Positions 8,818-21,114 of a stretch of 64,000 nt of DNA are shown piece after piece. The notes under the pieces are model-generated. The model worked only from the letters and a program-made list of their open reading frames with translations, was not told where the DNA came from and made no database searches. This stretch comes from an uncultured virus (IMG/VR IMGVR_UViG_3300028577_000007) (Duplodnaviria > Heunggongvirae > Uroviricota > Caudoviricetes). A program made the position numbers and the translations under genes. Location: IMG/VR virus record IMGVR_UViG_3300028577_000007. One strand, written 5' to 3'. How positions within the stretch are numbered: position 1 is the stretch's first letter; each line of letters begins with the position of its first letter.

Positions 8818-11800
8818 ATGACTGATCGCAGCGCACTAGCCGATCGCGTGATCGGATCTCGAGCAACCCTGCTCGGCCTCGGCGACTCCCTCGAGAACGT
8901 CGTCACGACGACACTCGACGACGGCGCGCTCTGCTACGTCGCAGGCGAGCACCTTCACTACGAGCTCCACCGCGACGACACGAGCGCTCCCTCCCCCCCG
9001 AACATCATTGCCCCCATCGCGGGCCCCGGTCGCTGGGTGCCGGCGACGGGCGGCACGCAAGGTCAACAGGGCGCGCAGGGGCGTCAGGGCGCGCAAGGCG
9101 CGCAAGGCACGCAGGGCGGCGGCTTTCAAGGCGCGACGGGCGCGCAAGGGTTTCAGGGCGCGCAGGGGTTTCAGGGGTTCCAGGGCGTCGGCGCGCAAGG
9201 CGCGCAGGGATTTCAAGGATTTCAGGGAGCGCAAGGCGCGCAGGGAAATCAGGGGTTCCAGGGCCAAGCGGTCACCGGTCCCCAGGGATCGCCGGGACCT
9301 CAGGGGCCAGGCGGCGGCGCGCAAGGCGCGCAGGGCGCGCAGGGCTTCCAGGGCGCGCAAGGGACACAAGGCTTTCAGGGCGGCGGCTTTCAGGGCGCGC
9401 AGGGGTTCCAGGGGCAAACGGGTCCAGGCGGCGGCGCGCAAGGCGCGCAGGGCGCGCAGGGCTTCCAGGGCGGACTCGGCGCGCAAGGCGCGACCGGCTC
9501 GGGCGCGCAAGGCTCGACCGGCGCGCAGGGCGCGCAAGGGTTTCAAGGTGCCCAAGGCTTCCAGGGAGCGCAGGGTCGCCAGGGGAATACGGGCGGCACG
9601 GGCGCGCAAGGCGCCGCTGGCGCGCAAGGCGCTCAGGGCTTTCAGGGGAACACGGGCGCCACGGGCACGACCGGCGCGCAAGGCGCTCAAGGCTTCCAAG
9701 GGAACACGGGCGCGCAAGGGAGCACGGGCTCGCAGGGATCGCAGGGCGCGCAGGGCGCGCAAGGATTTCAGGGAGCTCAGGGCTTCCAAGGCGCCCTCGG
9801 CGCGCAAGGCAACGCGGGCGCTCAAGGCGCGCAAGGCTTCCAGGGCGCGCAGGGGTTCGGCGCGCAAGGCGCGACTGGCACGCAAGGATTTCAGGGAGCG
9901 CAGGGCTTTCAGGGAGCGCAAGGCGCGCAGGGGTTCGGCGCGCAAGGCGCGACGGGCGTACAAGGATTTCAGGGAGCGCAGGGCTTTCAGGGTGGAGGGT
10001 TCCAGGGAGCGCAGGGGCAAATCGGTCCACAGGGATCGGGCGGCGGCGCTCAAGGCGCGCAGGGCGCTCAAGGCTTCCAGGGGAACACCGGCGGCGCGCA
10101 AGGCGCTCAAGGATCGCAGGGGTTTCAGGGGTCCGGCGCTCAAGGCGCGCAGGGCGCGCAAGGCTTTCAGGGCGCGGCCGGCGCAGGTGGCGCGCAGGGC
10201 GCTCAAGGCTTCCAGGGAGCGCAAGGATTTCAAGGCTTCCAGGGAGCTCTCGGCACAGCCGGCGCGCAGGGCGCTCAAGGCTTCCAGGGAGCGCAAGGAT
10301 TTCAAGGATCTCAGGGCACGCAAGGATTCCAGGGCGCGCAAGGCCGTCAGGGCAATACCGGCACGGCGGGCACGACCGGCGCGCAGGGCTCCCAGGGCGC
10401 GACTGGCGCGGCCGGCGCAACCGGAGCTCAGGGCGCCACGGGAGCAACGGGCGCCACCGGAACAACCGGAGCTCAGGGCGCGACGGGCGCCACGGGAGCA
10501 ACGGGCGCGACGGGCGCGCAAGGGTTTACCGGCGCAACCGGCGCGACGGGCGCGCAAGGCGCAGTCGGTGCTGGCGGCGCGCAGGGTAGCCAGGGTCGCC
10601 AGGGCGCGACCGGTACCGCGGGCGCAACGGGCGCGACTGGCGCTCAGGGCTTTCAAGGCGCAACGGGCGCGACTGGCGCGCAGGGCGCCCAAGGATTTCA
10701 AGGCGCGACCGGCACCGGAGCTCAAGGCGCTCAGGGCTTTCAGGGCGCGGCCATCAATCCCCTGACGCAGGTCTTCTACGTCGACGCGGCCAACGCCGGG
10801 ACGGCCACGGGATCGATCGCTCAGCCCTATGCCTCGCCGACCGCAGCCTTCGCGGCTCACCCGACAGGCAACATCACGCTCCTCATCGCGCCCGCGTCTT
10901 ACGGGGCGGCGCTCGCGATCGGAGGCAACCGCAACATCACGATGATCGGGCTCTGCGAGCCGACCGATCAGACGGTGCAGCTCGGCGCCATCACGACGAC
11001 GTTTACGACGACGGCGGGGCTCACGCTCACTCTCCAGAACCTCACCTGCACGACGCTCACCGACTCGTCGGCCATCCAAGCGAACCTCGCGCTCATCGAC
11101 TGCCATGCGTCCGGTACGATCACGGGATCGGGCAACGGCGCTTCCAACACGATCGTCTACCTGTCGTCGGCCGTCGGCGGCCCGCGCGCGACGGGGATGC
11201 GCACGGAAGCCATCACGACCTCGACGGCCGTCTTCGCCGAGAACGCCTACATCAACGGCGTCGTGAACGTCAAGCGCGCAGGTGCCACTAGCCCGAGCAC
11301 CTACGAGAGCTGCACGTTTATCTCGGCGCCCGCCTCGGGCCCGATGATCTGCGAGGACTGCTTCTTCCCCGCGGGTCTCGCCGCTCCCATCGTCGCGGCC
11401 ACCATCCGCCTGAACAACTGCTCGATCGACGGAGATCTCACGGGCAGCTCGATCAACACGGACACGATCGTGCTGGACAACTGCCGAGTCGGTAATGCGT
11501 CGGCGACCACGACCCAGACCCTCGGCGAGTGGGGCAGCATGATCATCCGGAACACCGCCTTCGGCCCGAAGTCGTCGGGCTCGATTGCGCTTGCCGTGAC
11601 GCTCACCTCGCTCCAGCTCGACTCGGTCTCCGAGCGCAGTCTCTTCACGACGGGCAACGGGCAGGGCGCGATCGGCTCCTCCGCGAACGCCTTCATCGCG
11701 CTCGACGAAGGCGAGCAGAACGGGTTCCCGATCGACGGGATCCTGTCGACCTTCGACTTCACCATGAACCCGCGCCTCTTCTTGGCCCCGAAGACGCTCG

Positions 11801-12021
11801 GCGCCGACAAGACCATTCAGCTCGCGCTCGGGAGCGCCGCGCTCAAGGTGAGGCCCATCGACGTGTACGGCACGAACGGCCACACGCTGACGGTGCAATT
11901 CGGCGGCGTCACGATGCGTGCGATTGGCCCGACCGATCCGGCCCCGGCTCGTTACGTCTTTCAGACCTCTGAGGACAACGCGATCTTCGTCTTCGTCGGA
12001 GTGGAGAACGTCACCACATGA
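8818..12021 (+). CDS. collagen-like fibre protein 2 with probable beta-helix C-terminal domain
   Basis: GPGRW anchor, about 570 aa of G-X-Y triplets, then FYVD...GSIAQPY, typical of the start of parallel beta-helix domains. Confidence 0.9.
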   Translation: MTDRSALADRVIGSRATLLGLGDSLENVVTTTLDDGALCYVAGEHLHYELHRDDTSAPSPPNIIAPIAGPGRWVPATGGTQGQQGAQGRQGAQGAQGTQGGGFQGATGAQGFQGAQGFQGFQGVGAQGAQGFQGFQGAQGAQGNQGFQGQAVTGPQGSPGPQGPGGGAQGAQGAQGFQGAQGTQGFQGGGFQGAQGFQGQTGPGGGAQGAQGAQGFQGGLGAQGATGSGAQGSTGAQGAQGFQGAQGFQGAQGRQGNTGGTGAQGAAGAQGAQGFQGNTGATGTTGAQGAQGFQGNTGAQGSTGSQGSQGAQGAQGFQGAQGFQGALGAQGNAGAQGAQGFQGAQGFGAQGATGTQGFQGAQGFQGAQGAQGFGAQGATGVQGFQGAQGFQGGGFQGAQGQIGPQGSGGGAQGAQGAQGFQGNTGGAQGAQGSQGFQGSGAQGAQGAQGFQGAAGAGGAQGAQGFQGAQGFQGFQGALGTAGAQGAQGFQGAQGFQGSQGTQGFQGAQGRQGNTGTAGTTGAQGSQGATGAAGATGAQGATGATGATGTTGAQGATGATGATGATGAQGFTGATGATGAQGAVGAGGAQGSQGRQGATGTAGATGATGAQGFQGATGATGAQGAQGFQGATGTGAQGAQGFQGAAINPLTQVFYVDAANAGTATGSIAQPYASPTAAFAAHPTGNITLLIAPASYGAALAIGGNRNITMIGLCEPTDQTVQLGAITTTFTTTAGLTLTLQNLTCTTLTDSSAIQANLALIDCHASGTITGSGNGASNTIVYLSSAVGGPRATGMRTEAITTSTAVFAENAYINGVVNVKRAGATSPSTYESCTFISAPASGPMICEDCFFPAGLAAPIVAATIRLNNCSIDGDLTGSSINTDTIVLDNCRVGNASATTTQTLGEWGSMIIRNTAFGPKSSGSIALAVTLTSLQLDSVSERSLFTTGNGQGAIGSSANAFIALDEGEQNGFPIDGILSTFDFTMNPRLFLAPKTLGADKTIQLALGSAALKVRPIDVYGTNGHTLTVQFGGVTMRAIGPTDPAPARYVFQTSEDNAIFVFVGVENVTT

Positions 12022-12422
12022 CCGTCCCGAACAACGACAAGTATGCGGGCCCCTGGGTGCTCCCCGTCGGGCGCTGGGCAAACGTCCGCGTCAAAAACCT
12101 CAACGGCACGACCTTCGGCACGCTCGTCACGTCAGCCCCGAGCGGGCTCTATCGCGTGTCGATGGCGCTCGCCATCACGACCCCAGGGACAGCTGGGCAG
12201 CTCACCCTCTCGGTGGGGTCGATTGGCGACGACGGCTCGACGGCGACGCAGTCGCTCGCGGGCATCAACATCACGGCGACGGGCATCGTGCAGGACGCAT
12301 TCGTATGCGAGGTCGGTACCGCGAGTAACATCAGCTACGTGGTGACAGCGGCGGGCATCACCGCCGGATCGCTCCAATACTCGCTTCGCATCGTGGTGGA
12401 GCAGCTGTCGGCTCTGCCATGA
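12018..12422 (+). CDS. small beta-sandwich structural protein
   Basis: Translationally coupled to fibre 2; GLYRVS strand pattern. Confidence 0.7.
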   Translation: MTVPNNDKYAGPWVLPVGRWANVRVKNLNGTTFGTLVTSAPSGLYRVSMALAITTPGTAGQLTLSVGSIGDDGSTATQSLAGINITATGIVQDAFVCEVGTASNISYVVTAAGITAGSLQYSLRIVVEQLSALP

Positions 12423-13165
12423 CCGCGCCCGCCTCCCTTGCGCTCATCACGTACTACGGCCCGGCTCCCTACGAGCACCACGAGTCGGTGCGAAAGTCCG
12501 GGGTGCGCGTCGCGGCGCGCCGTCAGGACTCGTCCATCGACGCCGCGCGCGCAACCTTGCTCGAGACGGGGCTTCGGCAGAAAGAGCACGACGTCTTCGT
12601 CTTCATCGACTCGGATGTAGAATTTACCCGCGCGGGCTACGATCGCCTCGTCTCGTCATGCCACGAGACCGAAGGCGTCGTCGGCGGCGCTTACCTCAGC
12701 AAATCGCTCACGGGCTCTGGGATCTTGGTCGGCTCCCCCGCGAGCCCCGACGCCGAGCTGAAGTTTTACGCGGCAGGCGGCCTCTACCCCGCCAAGACGC
12801 TCGGGATGGGGTTTACCGCCATTCATCGCAAGGCCTGCGAGCGCATCGCGCGGCACCACGCGCTACCGAAGATCTTTTTTCCGGTCGGTGTCGACGGCGG
12901 GATGCTCTGCCACGCCTTCTTCATGCCGCTCGTCCTGCAGAACCAATACATCCGGGAGGACTTCTCGTTTTGTCTGCGCGCGAGCGCAGCGGGCGTTCCG
13001 CTCTTCTTCGATACGCGCCCCGAAGTCGTCCATCACGGGATGCACGGGTTTAGGCTCGAGGACGCGGCGTACCGCTCGGAGAAAAACCCGGGGCTGGTGT
13101 TCCAGATCACGACGGCGTCAGGCGAGGAGAGCGCGCCGCCTATCGCGACCGCCCTAGCCCCATGA
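12419..13165 (+). CDS. GT-A fold glycosyltransferase-like protein
   Basis: FVFIDSDV, GMGFTAIHR and EDFSFC motifs. Confidence 0.8.
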   Translation: MTAPASLALITYYGPAPYEHHESVRKSGVRVAARRQDSSIDAARATLLETGLRQKEHDVFVFIDSDVEFTRAGYDRLVSSCHETEGVVGGAYLSKSLTGSGILVGSPASPDAELKFYAAGGLYPAKTLGMGFTAIHRKACERIARHHALPKIFFPVGVDGGMLCHAFFMPLVLQNQYIREDFSFCLRASAAGVPLFFDTRPEVVHHGMHGFRLEDAAYRSEKNPGLVFQITTASGEESAPPIATALAP

Positions 13166-16062
13166 CGATTCGTTCCAGGATGGGGGCATCCGCGAGCGGC
13201 ACGCCGCGGGTGCCGCCAGGATCCGGAAGCCAAGGCTCGCAGGGGCAACAGGGCTTCCAGGGAGCGCAGGGCTTCCAAGGCGGCGGCGCGCAGGGCGCGC
13301 AGGGATCGACCGGGCCTCAAGGATCGGGCGGCGGCGCGCAAGGCGCGCAAGGCGCGACTGGCACGCAGGGCTTCCAGGGAGCGCAAGGCTTTCAAGGCGG
13401 CGGCTTTCAAGGCGCTCAAGGCGCGCAGGGCGCGACTGGCACGCAAGGCTTTCAGGGCGCGCAGGGAAATCAGGGGCAGCAAGGGCAACAGGGCGCGCAG
13501 GGATTTCAGGGAGCGACTGGCACGCAGGGCGCGCAAGGCGCGCAGGGCGCGCAGGGGTTTCAGGGATCGCAAGGCGCGCAAGGGTTCCAGGGCGCGGTTG
13601 GCGCTCAGGGATCGCAAGGCGCGCAGGGGTTCCAAGGAATGCTGCTGCCGAGCGCGAGCACGGGTCAGCTCCTCTACTTCGACGGATTGGTCTGGAATCA
13701 CACGAACGGCGTCCTCGCCGGCACGAACCTCCTCTCAATCGGTCCGGCTCCGTCGTCTGCGGGGCAGCTACGGCTCTCGGCCTCGCAGAGCGGCATTGCG
13801 CAGGTTACTAGTCGTAACTTCGCGGGCACGGGCGATCTCCTCGTCTACTCAGGATCGACGACGAGTGCCGATAATCAGAATTTCGGTGACCTGACAACGG
13901 CCGGCAGGACCACCATCGGAGGCGGCGCTCAGGTGACGCTCACGATCGGGGGCGGCCTGTCGATGACGCTCTCGGGCATTAGCATCACGACTCAGTTTAC
14001 GTCGCTGATTTTCGGCGCCGCAAATTCCCTCGTCGGCCCGGCCGACCTGAACACTGCCTCCGGTACCGGTACGACCTTCACGGTGCACGGTCAAAACATG
14101 AGCGGCGTCACCTCGACGGGTGGCCAGCTCATCCTCGCGTCGGGGACGGGCACGACGATCGCCGGCACCATCAGCCTCAACTTCGGCGCGACTCCGATCG
14201 TCACAGTTACCGGAAGCGGCATCGCTGTCGCCGGCCAAGTCGTCGCGAACGCGAGCACGGATCAGTTCGTGGCGAATGTCGCGACCGCGTCCATCCGCCT
14301 CGGCCTGGTTGCGGGGAGCGGAGCCGGATCCGCGGCCTCGGGCACGGCGTCGATTCGCGGGTCTTCGACGTTCGCGATCAATGTGCGGAACGCGGGCGAC
14401 AACGCCAACGCCAACGTCTTTTCTTACACCGGCTCCACGAACCTCATCACGATCGGCGAGAACACCGCCAACGTCACCTCGGTCGTTCTCTCGTCCTCGG
14501 GGAGCGTCGCGCTGAAGAGCGCTGGGGTCACGGTGCTCCAGCTCGCGATTGCAAGCTCGGACTTCGTGACCTTCGGGGCCGCGCCGGCCGCGACGGGCAA
14601 CATCCGCCTGCCCTTCGGCGCGAACACCGTCATGATGCGGAACGTCACGAACACCGCCGATCTCGCGGTGTACGGCTCCGATCCGGTCATCAATCAGCAG
14701 AACTTCGGTGACGTAAATAGCTCGAACCTGAACCTCCTCGGAGGAGGCCTCACCTTCGGGGATCCGACCTCGACGCGGCGCTTGTCTCTGTCGAGCACGC
14801 TCTTCCAGGTGAACGTCGTCACGTGGGAGTTCCCGATCACGCTGAGTGGAGCCGCAGCCCTCATCCGGTACGCGGACAACACGACCTCGGTGACCGGCGC
14901 TTCGCTCAGCGTCCGCGCTCAGGACAATACGTTCGCGGCGGGCGTGGGCGGCCAGATGAACGTCCACGGCGGCGACGCCTCCGGCACTGGCGCAACCGTT
15001 GGGGGCAAGGCGCTATTGCGCTCGGGCACGGGCGCCACGGCAGGAGCCCTCGAAGTCCGTGCGGGCGCCTTAACGATCTTCGACTGGGGCGTGACGACCG
15101 CGAACATCACGACGGTCAATAACGCTTCGCAGGTCAACCTCGCGGTCGCGGGCACCTCGAAGATCAGTATCACCGCGAGCTTCGCGCAGCTCCAGGTGGA
15201 CCTGGCTTTCGCCAAAGCGACGCCGGTCATCTCGCCGATTGACGACGCGACGGCGGGCGCGACGGGCACGCTCTTCACGATCCGTGGCCAGAACGAAACC
15301 GGCACGGGCGCGACCGTCGGCGGCAAGCTCCTCATTGCGTCGGGCACAGGAAATACGGCCGGCAATCTCGAGCTCCGAGTCGGCGCCAAAACCGTCTTTG
15401 ACTACGGAGTCACGAACGCCACGACGCTAACTGTCGGCGAGTCGACGATCCCGCTCATCCTAAATGGTGCGGGTGGAGCGAGCGCCATGGTGTTCGAGCT
15501 GGGTGGAGTGGGGCAGCTTCAGATCTTCACCACGCAGATCCAGTGCGTTCCGGGCAAGTTCTACTTCACGTCGACCGGCCAAGTTTCACCGCTGCCCATC
15601 AGCACGAACAGCGCAACGGGCGTAGTCATGACGTTCTCGGGGCAGGACTGCTCGGGCACGACGACGATCGGCGGCGCGACGCTAGTGCGTGGCGGCACCG
15701 GCACGACGCGCAACGGCAACGTCCACTTCCACGCCCAGGCCGCAAACGACCAGGCCATGGGCAACGGCATCTTCATCGGCAACGCGAGCTCGACCCCCAC
15801 CGGCAACCCCGCGTCAGGCGGCTTCCTCTACTCGACCGCCGGCGCTCTCCATTGGCTCGGCTCCTCCGGCACGAACACCACCCTCGGTCCCGCCGAGCCT
15901 CACTGCCCCGAGTGCGGGCGCGACTTCGCGCTCGAGTGGCAGCACGAGGACAAGGATGAGCACCTCGCGGTCTGCCTCCCCTGCCTGATCGGCACGCTCA
16001 GGAAGTCCGGCCACGATCACAAGAAATTCGCATTCGTGCACAAGTTGAAAGGAGCCGCCTGA
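13162..16062 (+). CDS. collagen-like fibre protein 3 with long G/T/A-rich repeat shaft
   Basis: Short G-X-Q tract, repeated GATVGGK-type units, C-terminal CxxC...CxxC. Confidence 0.85.
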   Translation: MTIRSRMGASASGTPRVPPGSGSQGSQGQQGFQGAQGFQGGGAQGAQGSTGPQGSGGGAQGAQGATGTQGFQGAQGFQGGGFQGAQGAQGATGTQGFQGAQGNQGQQGQQGAQGFQGATGTQGAQGAQGAQGFQGSQGAQGFQGAVGAQGSQGAQGFQGMLLPSASTGQLLYFDGLVWNHTNGVLAGTNLLSIGPAPSSAGQLRLSASQSGIAQVTSRNFAGTGDLLVYSGSTTSADNQNFGDLTTAGRTTIGGGAQVTLTIGGGLSMTLSGISITTQFTSLIFGAANSLVGPADLNTASGTGTTFTVHGQNMSGVTSTGGQLILASGTGTTIAGTISLNFGATPIVTVTGSGIAVAGQVVANASTDQFVANVATASIRLGLVAGSGAGSAASGTASIRGSSTFAINVRNAGDNANANVFSYTGSTNLITIGENTANVTSVVLSSSGSVALKSAGVTVLQLAIASSDFVTFGAAPAATGNIRLPFGANTVMMRNVTNTADLAVYGSDPVINQQNFGDVNSSNLNLLGGGLTFGDPTSTRRLSLSSTLFQVNVVTWEFPITLSGAAALIRYADNTTSVTGASLSVRAQDNTFAAGVGGQMNVHGGDASGTGATVGGKALLRSGTGATAGALEVRAGALTIFDWGVTTANITTVNNASQVNLAVAGTSKISITASFAQLQVDLAFAKATPVISPIDDATAGATGTLFTIRGQNETGTGATVGGKLLIASGTGNTAGNLELRVGAKTVFDYGVTNATTLTVGESTIPLILNGAGGASAMVFELGGVGQLQIFTTQIQCVPGKFYFTSTGQVSPLPISTNSATGVVMTFSGQDCSGTTTIGGATLVRGGTGTTRNGNVHFHAQAANDQAMGNGIFIGNASSTPTGNPASGGFLYSTAGALHWLGSSGTNTTLGPAEPHCPECGRDFALEWQHEDKDEHLAVCLPCLIGTLRKSGHDHKKFAFVHKLKGAA

Positions 16063-16373
16063 TGGCTGACGAAACCCCAGATCCCCCGCCGTGGACGAAA
16101 CCACTCCCAGTGACCTTCGTGTCGATCGCTCCCGGAGTGCTCGACAAGCGCATCACGATCTACCACGCGGACGCGGCCTCCGACCCCCCGAACCACCCCC
16201 GCGTCGTGATCAGCGGCACGTACGCGGACGGGACGAGCTTCTCGTTCGATAGGAAGTTCTCTGAGCTCTCGCTGTCGGACGAGCAGAACGCGATGATCGC
16301 AGGCGCCCTCGATGCGGCCTGCGCGCAGGTCATTGCGCTCGAGGGCTTTCTGCCAGCGGCACAAGGAGGCTGA
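16062..16373 (+). CDS. hypothetical protein, possible fibre chaperone
   Basis: Coupled to fibre 3; role inferred from position. Confidence 0.65.
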   Translation: MADETPDPPPWTKPLPVTFVSIAPGVLDKRITIYHADAASDPPNHPRVVISGTYADGTSFSFDRKFSELSLSDEQNAMIAGALDAACAQVIALEGFLPAAQGG

Positions 16374-16379
16374 TTTCCC

Positions 16380-19300
16380 GTGACTGATCGAAGCAGCGTT
16401 GCCAGCAGAAACATCGGGGCGTGCGACACCCTCCTCGGGGACGCAAACTCCCTCGAGAACGTCAACACGTCGCTCCTCGATGACGGCTGCTTCTGCTTCG
16501 TGCAGTCAGAGCTCCTCCACTACGAGCTTCACCGGAGCTCGACGCAAGCGCCCGCGCCTCCGCTCGTCATCGCTCCCATCGCAGGCCCCGGTCGCTGGGT
16601 GCCCGCGACGGGCGGCACGCAAGGTCAGCAGGGCGCGCAGGGCGCCCAGGGCTCGCGCGGCGCGCAGGGGTCGCAGGGCTCGGGCGCGCAAGGCGCCGTC
16701 GGCGCGCAGGGCTTCCAAGGGTTTCAAGGCGCACAGGGTGCGCAGGGCAATACTGGAGCCGCGGGTACGACCGGCACGCAAGGCGCGCAGGGCTTTCAAG
16801 GATCGACGGGCGGCGCGCAAGGAGCGCAGGGCGCTCAAGGCTTTCAAGGATCGGGCGGCGCGCAGGGAGCAACGGGCTCGGGCGCGCAAGGCGCGACGGG
16901 ATCGCAGGGCGCGCAGGGGTTTCAGGGATCGGGCGGCGGAGCGCAGGGCGCGCAAGGGAATCAAGGCGCGCAGGGCGGGCTCGGCGCTCAGGGATCGACG
17001 GGAGCCGGCGCGCAAGGCGCGACGGGATCTCAAGGCAACCAAGGGGCGCAAGGCTTTCAAGGCTCGGGAGCGCAGGGCGCGCAGGGCGGCCAGGGGTTTC
17101 AGGGCGCGCAAGGGCGTCAAGGCGCGACGGGCACGGGCGCGCAAGGCGCGTCCGGAGCGCAGGGATCGACTGGCGCGCAAGGCAACCAGGGCGGAAACGG
17201 CGCGCAAGGCGCAAGCGGCGCGGCGGGCGCTCAAGGCGCTACCGGATCCCAAGGCGCAAGCGGCACCACTGGCGCGCAGGGCGCGCAAGGCGCGCAGGGC
17301 TCGAGCGGCGCGTCCGGAGCACAAGGATCGCAGGGCGCGCAAGGCGCGCAGGGCTCGGGATCGCAAGGCGCGACGGGCGTACAAGGATTTCAGGGCGCGC
17401 AGGGCGCGCAAGGCTCGGGGTTTCAGGGATCGCAAGGCGCGCAAGGGCCGGGCGGCGGAGCTCAAGGGGCTCAAGGCGCGCAGGGGCAACAGGGCGCGCA
17501 GGGCGCTCAAACCTCGCTCGCTACCGCGGCCGGACTCGGCGCGTACACGGGGGACGCGCGCGACGGAGATCTCACCGCGTCTTCCGGCACTACGGTGCTC
17601 TCGCACGACACCTTCTACGGCACGATCACGCTGAGCGGCACGGCCTCGATCGACACGAACGGCTACAAGCTCGCCTGCCTCGTCTTCGACGCTCGAAACG
17701 CCTCCGCGGGCGCCATTCAGTGTAACGGCTCTGCGGGCACGGCCAACACGACGGGCGGCAGTATGGCTGCGGGCGGCACGGGGCGAGTCTCGACGCATTC
17801 GCTCGGCGGCAGCGGCAGCGGCGGCACGGGCGCGGCCTCCGTGGTCAATGGCAGCTCGGGCCTCACGGGCGGCGCCGGGACGGGCGTCTCCCCCTCGAAC
17901 GGCGGCAACGGTGGCGCTTCTGGCGCATCGGGCGCGGGGAGCGGATCGGGTCACGCGAGCGTCGCGGGGGGAGCCGCGACCACGTCGCGCGCGATTGCGC
18001 AGTACGTCTCCGATCTGCTGACGTACACGGCCTCTTCGGTCGCCTACATCGTGGGCGGCGCGGGCGGCGCGGGCGGATCGAGCGGCGGCGCGGGCGCGGG
18101 CGGATCGGACAGCAGCGGCTCGGGCGCGGGCGGCGGCGCGGGCGGCGGCGTCCTCTACTTCGTCGCGGGCAATATCATCACCGGACCGTCGACACCCGCA
18201 GGCGTCGTGCAAGCTCGCGGCGGCGCGGGCGGAGCGGGCGGCGCTGCCGGCGGCACGGGCGCGGGTGGCTCGGGCGGCGCCGGCGGCGGCGGCGGCGGGA
18301 TGGTGTACGCCCTCGTAGGCAACGTCACAGGTCCGCTCGTCAACTCGTTCTTCGACGCCAACGGCGGCGACGCGGGCGCGCCCGGCGCGAAATCCGGATC
18401 GGGCGCCGCGGGCTCGCCGGGCATCGGCGGTATCGGCGGCACCTGCACGGCGATCTATCTGACGGGATCCCGCGCGTACAGCGTGATCAACGGCACCGCG
18501 ATCGGCGCGAACGGCGGCACGAGCGCGCTGAACCTCACGCCGACCCCGGCCTTCGTGGCGGGTCAATGGACAAACATCAGTCCCTCGCAAGAGCGTTTCG
18601 GTGAAATCGGCACCGAAGAGACGCTCTCGATCGGCTGGGCTTTTGCGGCCTCCTCCCCGAATATCATGTTCCTATGCGTGAGCAGCTTCGACTTCGTGAA
18701 CTTCTCACAAGCCGGCGAGCGCGGACACGTCTACAAGAGCACGGACGGCGGCATCAGCTGGGTGGTCTCGGGCAACTTCTCGAACCCCGACATGGTGAAG
18801 ATCGATCCGGCCGATCCCAATCACGCCTACGTCATTGATGGCGTGCGCGGGAACACGATGGGCTTCTTCCGCACGACCGATGGCGGCGCGACATGGGTGC
18901 AGCCGGCGGGCTTTACGGCGCTAGCTAGCGTCGTCGGTACCCTGGACGTGGGCTCGATGTCGGTCGATCCGGCCGACTTTAATCACATCATCTTGGGCTA
19001 CCACGGGACGTGGACGAGCGGCCCGACCGGGATGGCCGTCAGTACGGATGGCGGCACGACCTGGAGTCAGGTTGCTCCCGACGCAGGCATGAGCGGTCAG
19101 GGATACTTTTCAGAGTTTCTCTACGATCCAGTGCACAGCGTGGGGACCCCGTCGACCTGGCTCTTCCTCACGCAAACGAGCGGCATGTGGAAGACCACGA
19201 ACGCTGGCGCGTCCTGGACCCAGGTGACGACGCACAACATGGCGCACGAAGGCGCGCACGTGACGTACTTCAACGGCTACGCTTTCGTCGGCTGCTTCGG

Positions 19301-19583
19301 GTTTTTGCTCCGGAGCGCGGACAACGGCAGCACGTGGACCACGGTGAGCGGACTCCCGTCGGGCTCGTACGTCATAGCGATCATCGCGAACGGGAAAATC
19401 TACGCGCAGCCGAGCGGCTTCGCGAACGTAACTCCCTCTCCGTTCTATGAGAGCAGCGACGGCGTCACCTGGGTGCAGTCCGGATCGGCGACCTTCCATT
19501 CCGGGCCCTGTGACGGCGGCTACGCGAACAACGCGCTCTACGCGTCGATGTACGAAGCCGGTCTCTGGCGCTACCAGTTCTGA
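16380..19583 (+). CDS. collagen-like fibre protein 4 with Gly-rich domain and Asp-box beta-propeller
   Basis: Anchor almost identical to fibre 1; six Asp-box repeats ([47 protein letters not shown]). Confidence 0.9.
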   Translation: MTDRSSVASRNIGACDTLLGDANSLENVNTSLLDDGCFCFVQSELLHYELHRSSTQAPAPPLVIAPIAGPGRWVPATGGTQGQQGAQGAQGSRGAQGSQGSGAQGAVGAQGFQGFQGAQGAQGNTGAAGTTGTQGAQGFQGSTGGAQGAQGAQGFQGSGGAQGATGSGAQGATGSQGAQGFQGSGGGAQGAQGNQGAQGGLGAQGSTGAGAQGATGSQGNQGAQGFQGSGAQGAQGGQGFQGAQGRQGATGTGAQGASGAQGSTGAQGNQGGNGAQGASGAAGAQGATGSQGASGTTGAQGAQGAQGSSGASGAQGSQGAQGAQGSGSQGATGVQGFQGAQGAQGSGFQGSQGAQGPGGGAQGAQGAQGQQGAQGAQTSLATAAGLGAYTGDARDGDLTASSGTTVLSHDTFYGTITLSGTASIDTNGYKLACLVFDARNASAGAIQCNGSAGTANTTGGSMAAGGTGRVSTHSLGGSGSGGTGAASVVNGSSGLTGGAGTGVSPSNGGNGGASGASGAGSGSGHASVAGGAATTSRAIAQYVSDLLTYTASSVAYIVGGAGGAGGSSGGAGAGGSDSSGSGAGGGAGGGVLYFVAGNIITGPSTPAGVVQARGGAGGAGGAAGGTGAGGSGGAGGGGGGMVYALVGNVTGPLVNSFFDANGGDAGAPGAKSGSGAAGSPGIGGIGGTCTAIYLTGSRAYSVINGTAIGANGGTSALNLTPTPAFVAGQWTNISPSQERFGEIGTEETLSIGWAFAASSPNIMFLCVSSFDFVNFSQAGERGHVYKSTDGGISWVVSGNFSNPDMVKIDPADPNHAYVIDGVRGNTMGFFRTTDGGATWVQPAGFTALASVVGTLDVGSMSVDPADFNHIILGYHGTWTSGPTGMAVSTDGGTTWSQVAPDAGMSGQGYFSEFLYDPVHSVGTPSTWLFLTQTSGMWKTTNAGASWTQVTTHNMAHEGAHVTYFNGYAFVGCFGFLLRSADNGSTWTTVSGLPSGSYVIAIIANGKIYAQPSGFANVTPSPFYESSDGVTWVQSGSATFHSGPCDGGYANNALYASMYEAGLWRYQF

Positions 19584-19593
19584 GAGAATACCC

Positions 19594-20216
19594 ATGGCAT
19601 CACTCAGCGGCAGCCTCGGCCCCGGCACGAACGTCACCGTCACCGTGCCGATCACGCCCGTCGGCACCACCGACTGGATCGTGTGGATCGACAACGCCCC
19701 GACGGTCGATCAGAAGTTAGGCGGCGGCGGCGCCATCTCCGGGTACACGGCGATCCCTCCCGGGAGCCCCGGAAACATCGCGGGCGCCGAGCGCACGATC
19801 TCCTGGACCAACGGCACGCCACGCTATCCGGCTCCTCCTCGAACGAAATCTTCATTGCGGGCGCGGGCCTCGGGTCGGGGTTCTCGTTTACGGCGCCCGC
19901 CGGGACGGCGACGAGCACGCTCACGATCTACGGGCGCTCGTACGGCGGAGCGACGCAGATCGTAGCAACGCTCTCGGACAGCTCCGCGCCTCCCGTCACG
20001 CTGACGACGGCCGATCCGGGGGCGTTCGCGCATAACCAGATCATCGCGACGTTCACGTTTGCGGCGGCATCAGCGGGGCAGACCCTGTCGATCGTGATGA
20101 CGACGCTTGCCGCGACCAATGGCGCCTCCCCCATCTTGCAGGCGGCAGCGCTGAGCGTCGCGGCTGCCGCCGTCACCGACACGAGCCTGTACTTCGGGGC
20201 CGGGACGACGAGCTAG
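19594..20216 (+). pseudogene. fibre-associated beta protein with an apparent 1-nt frameshift near 19820
   Basis: MASLSGS...WTNGTP continues as TLSGSSSNEIF... in another frame; C-terminus SLYFGAGTTS. Confidence 0.7.
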
Positions 20217-20265
20217 CAATTTGCCCTAGACCGACGGAAACCAGTCGGGGTAAGGTTTCGGTCTG

Positions 20266-20607
20266 ATGATGACGTTCCCCGAGCCTCCCGCGATTCAGGT
20301 CAATGGCAAACCCCTTCCGATGAGGGCGTACCTGAGCGAAGTCATCCTGACGCTCCCGTACTGGCGCTCCACGGAAGAAGCGATGCGGCAAGCGGAAGAG
20401 ATCTTCTGCTGCATCGACGGCATCACGGGCGGGGCCCCAGCTTACCGCATCAAGGACACGACGCACGAGGCGCTGCAGCAGCAGATGAAGCTTGCCGATC
20501 AGAATCTCGTGCAGATGAATCCGCATCTCGCGCGGCTGGCGATTCGGTATGGGCTTGTAGTGAGTCACGCCGAAAAGTACGTCGAGCCGGACCCCTTTCC
20601 CGCTTGA
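20266..20607 (+). CDS. hypothetical protein
   Basis: 113-aa ORF after a TAAGGT -10-like element. Confidence 0.7.
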   Translation: MMTFPEPPAIQVNGKPLPMRAYLSEVILTLPYWRSTEEAMRQAEEIFCCIDGITGGAPAYRIKDTTHEALQQQMKLADQNLVQMNPHLARLAIRYGLVVSHAEKYVEPDPFPA

Positions 20608-20658
20608 TTCCGCGGTAAAGCCTCGCTCGGGGCACTGGCGGCTTCCGCCGCCCGGCTC

Positions 20659-20694
20659 AAAAAGTTGCGAGCGGGCCTGCTCCTCCGGTAGATT
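20659..20694 (+). promoter_or_regulatory. promoter TTGCGA-N18-TAGATT
   Basis: About 32 bp with 2 mismatches to 32078-32109. Confidence 0.65.
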
Positions 20695-20703
20695 TGGCTT
20701 CAT

Positions 20704-21114
20704 GTGGAACCCAAGTCAGCGGAGGGCCGCGCGATGCCAAGCGTAGAGTTGTCAGAAGCGCAGTTCGAGCGGCTCGTGGGGATGCTGGCCGATAACCGCG
20801 TTGCGATTCACACTGTCAAGAATGAGGTGGTCGCGGCTATCGCAGAGAGTGAGGGTCGGCTCAAAAAGGAGATCCAGTTCCTAGGTGCCGGGCTGACTGC
20901 GCTGGAAGAAGATATGGGTCGCGTTCAGGTCGGTATCCGAGAGCTGCTGAAGACTCAGGGCGATCACAGTCAGGCGGTCGACGGGCTCACGCAACTCGGC
21001 AAGACGAACTTCGACATGAACGAGTCGATCCTGAAGCAACTTCACGGTGAGTCTGGGGCAAGCGCACAAGATCATGGCGAAACTGAAGAGAGCCGTGGGT
21101 CTGGTCTCACGTGA
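20704..21114 (+). CDS. coiled-coil protein (may be fused to the downstream REC domain via a frameshift)
   Basis: Heptad-like sequence; 68-nt overlap with the next ORF. Confidence 0.6.
   Translation: MEPKSAEGRAMPSVELSEAQFERLVGMLADNRVAIHTVKNEVVAAIAESEGRLKKEIQFLGAGLTALEEDMGRVQVGIRELLKTQGDHSQAVDGLTQLGKTNFDMNESILKQLHGESGASAQDHGETEESRGSGLT

Noticed and set aside
5764..18590. Long antisense and alternate-frame ORFs over the collagen genes (e.g. 5764-7641, 8836-12081, 16506-18590)
   Set aside because: Shadows of GC-rich triplet repeats with ALR-type low complexity
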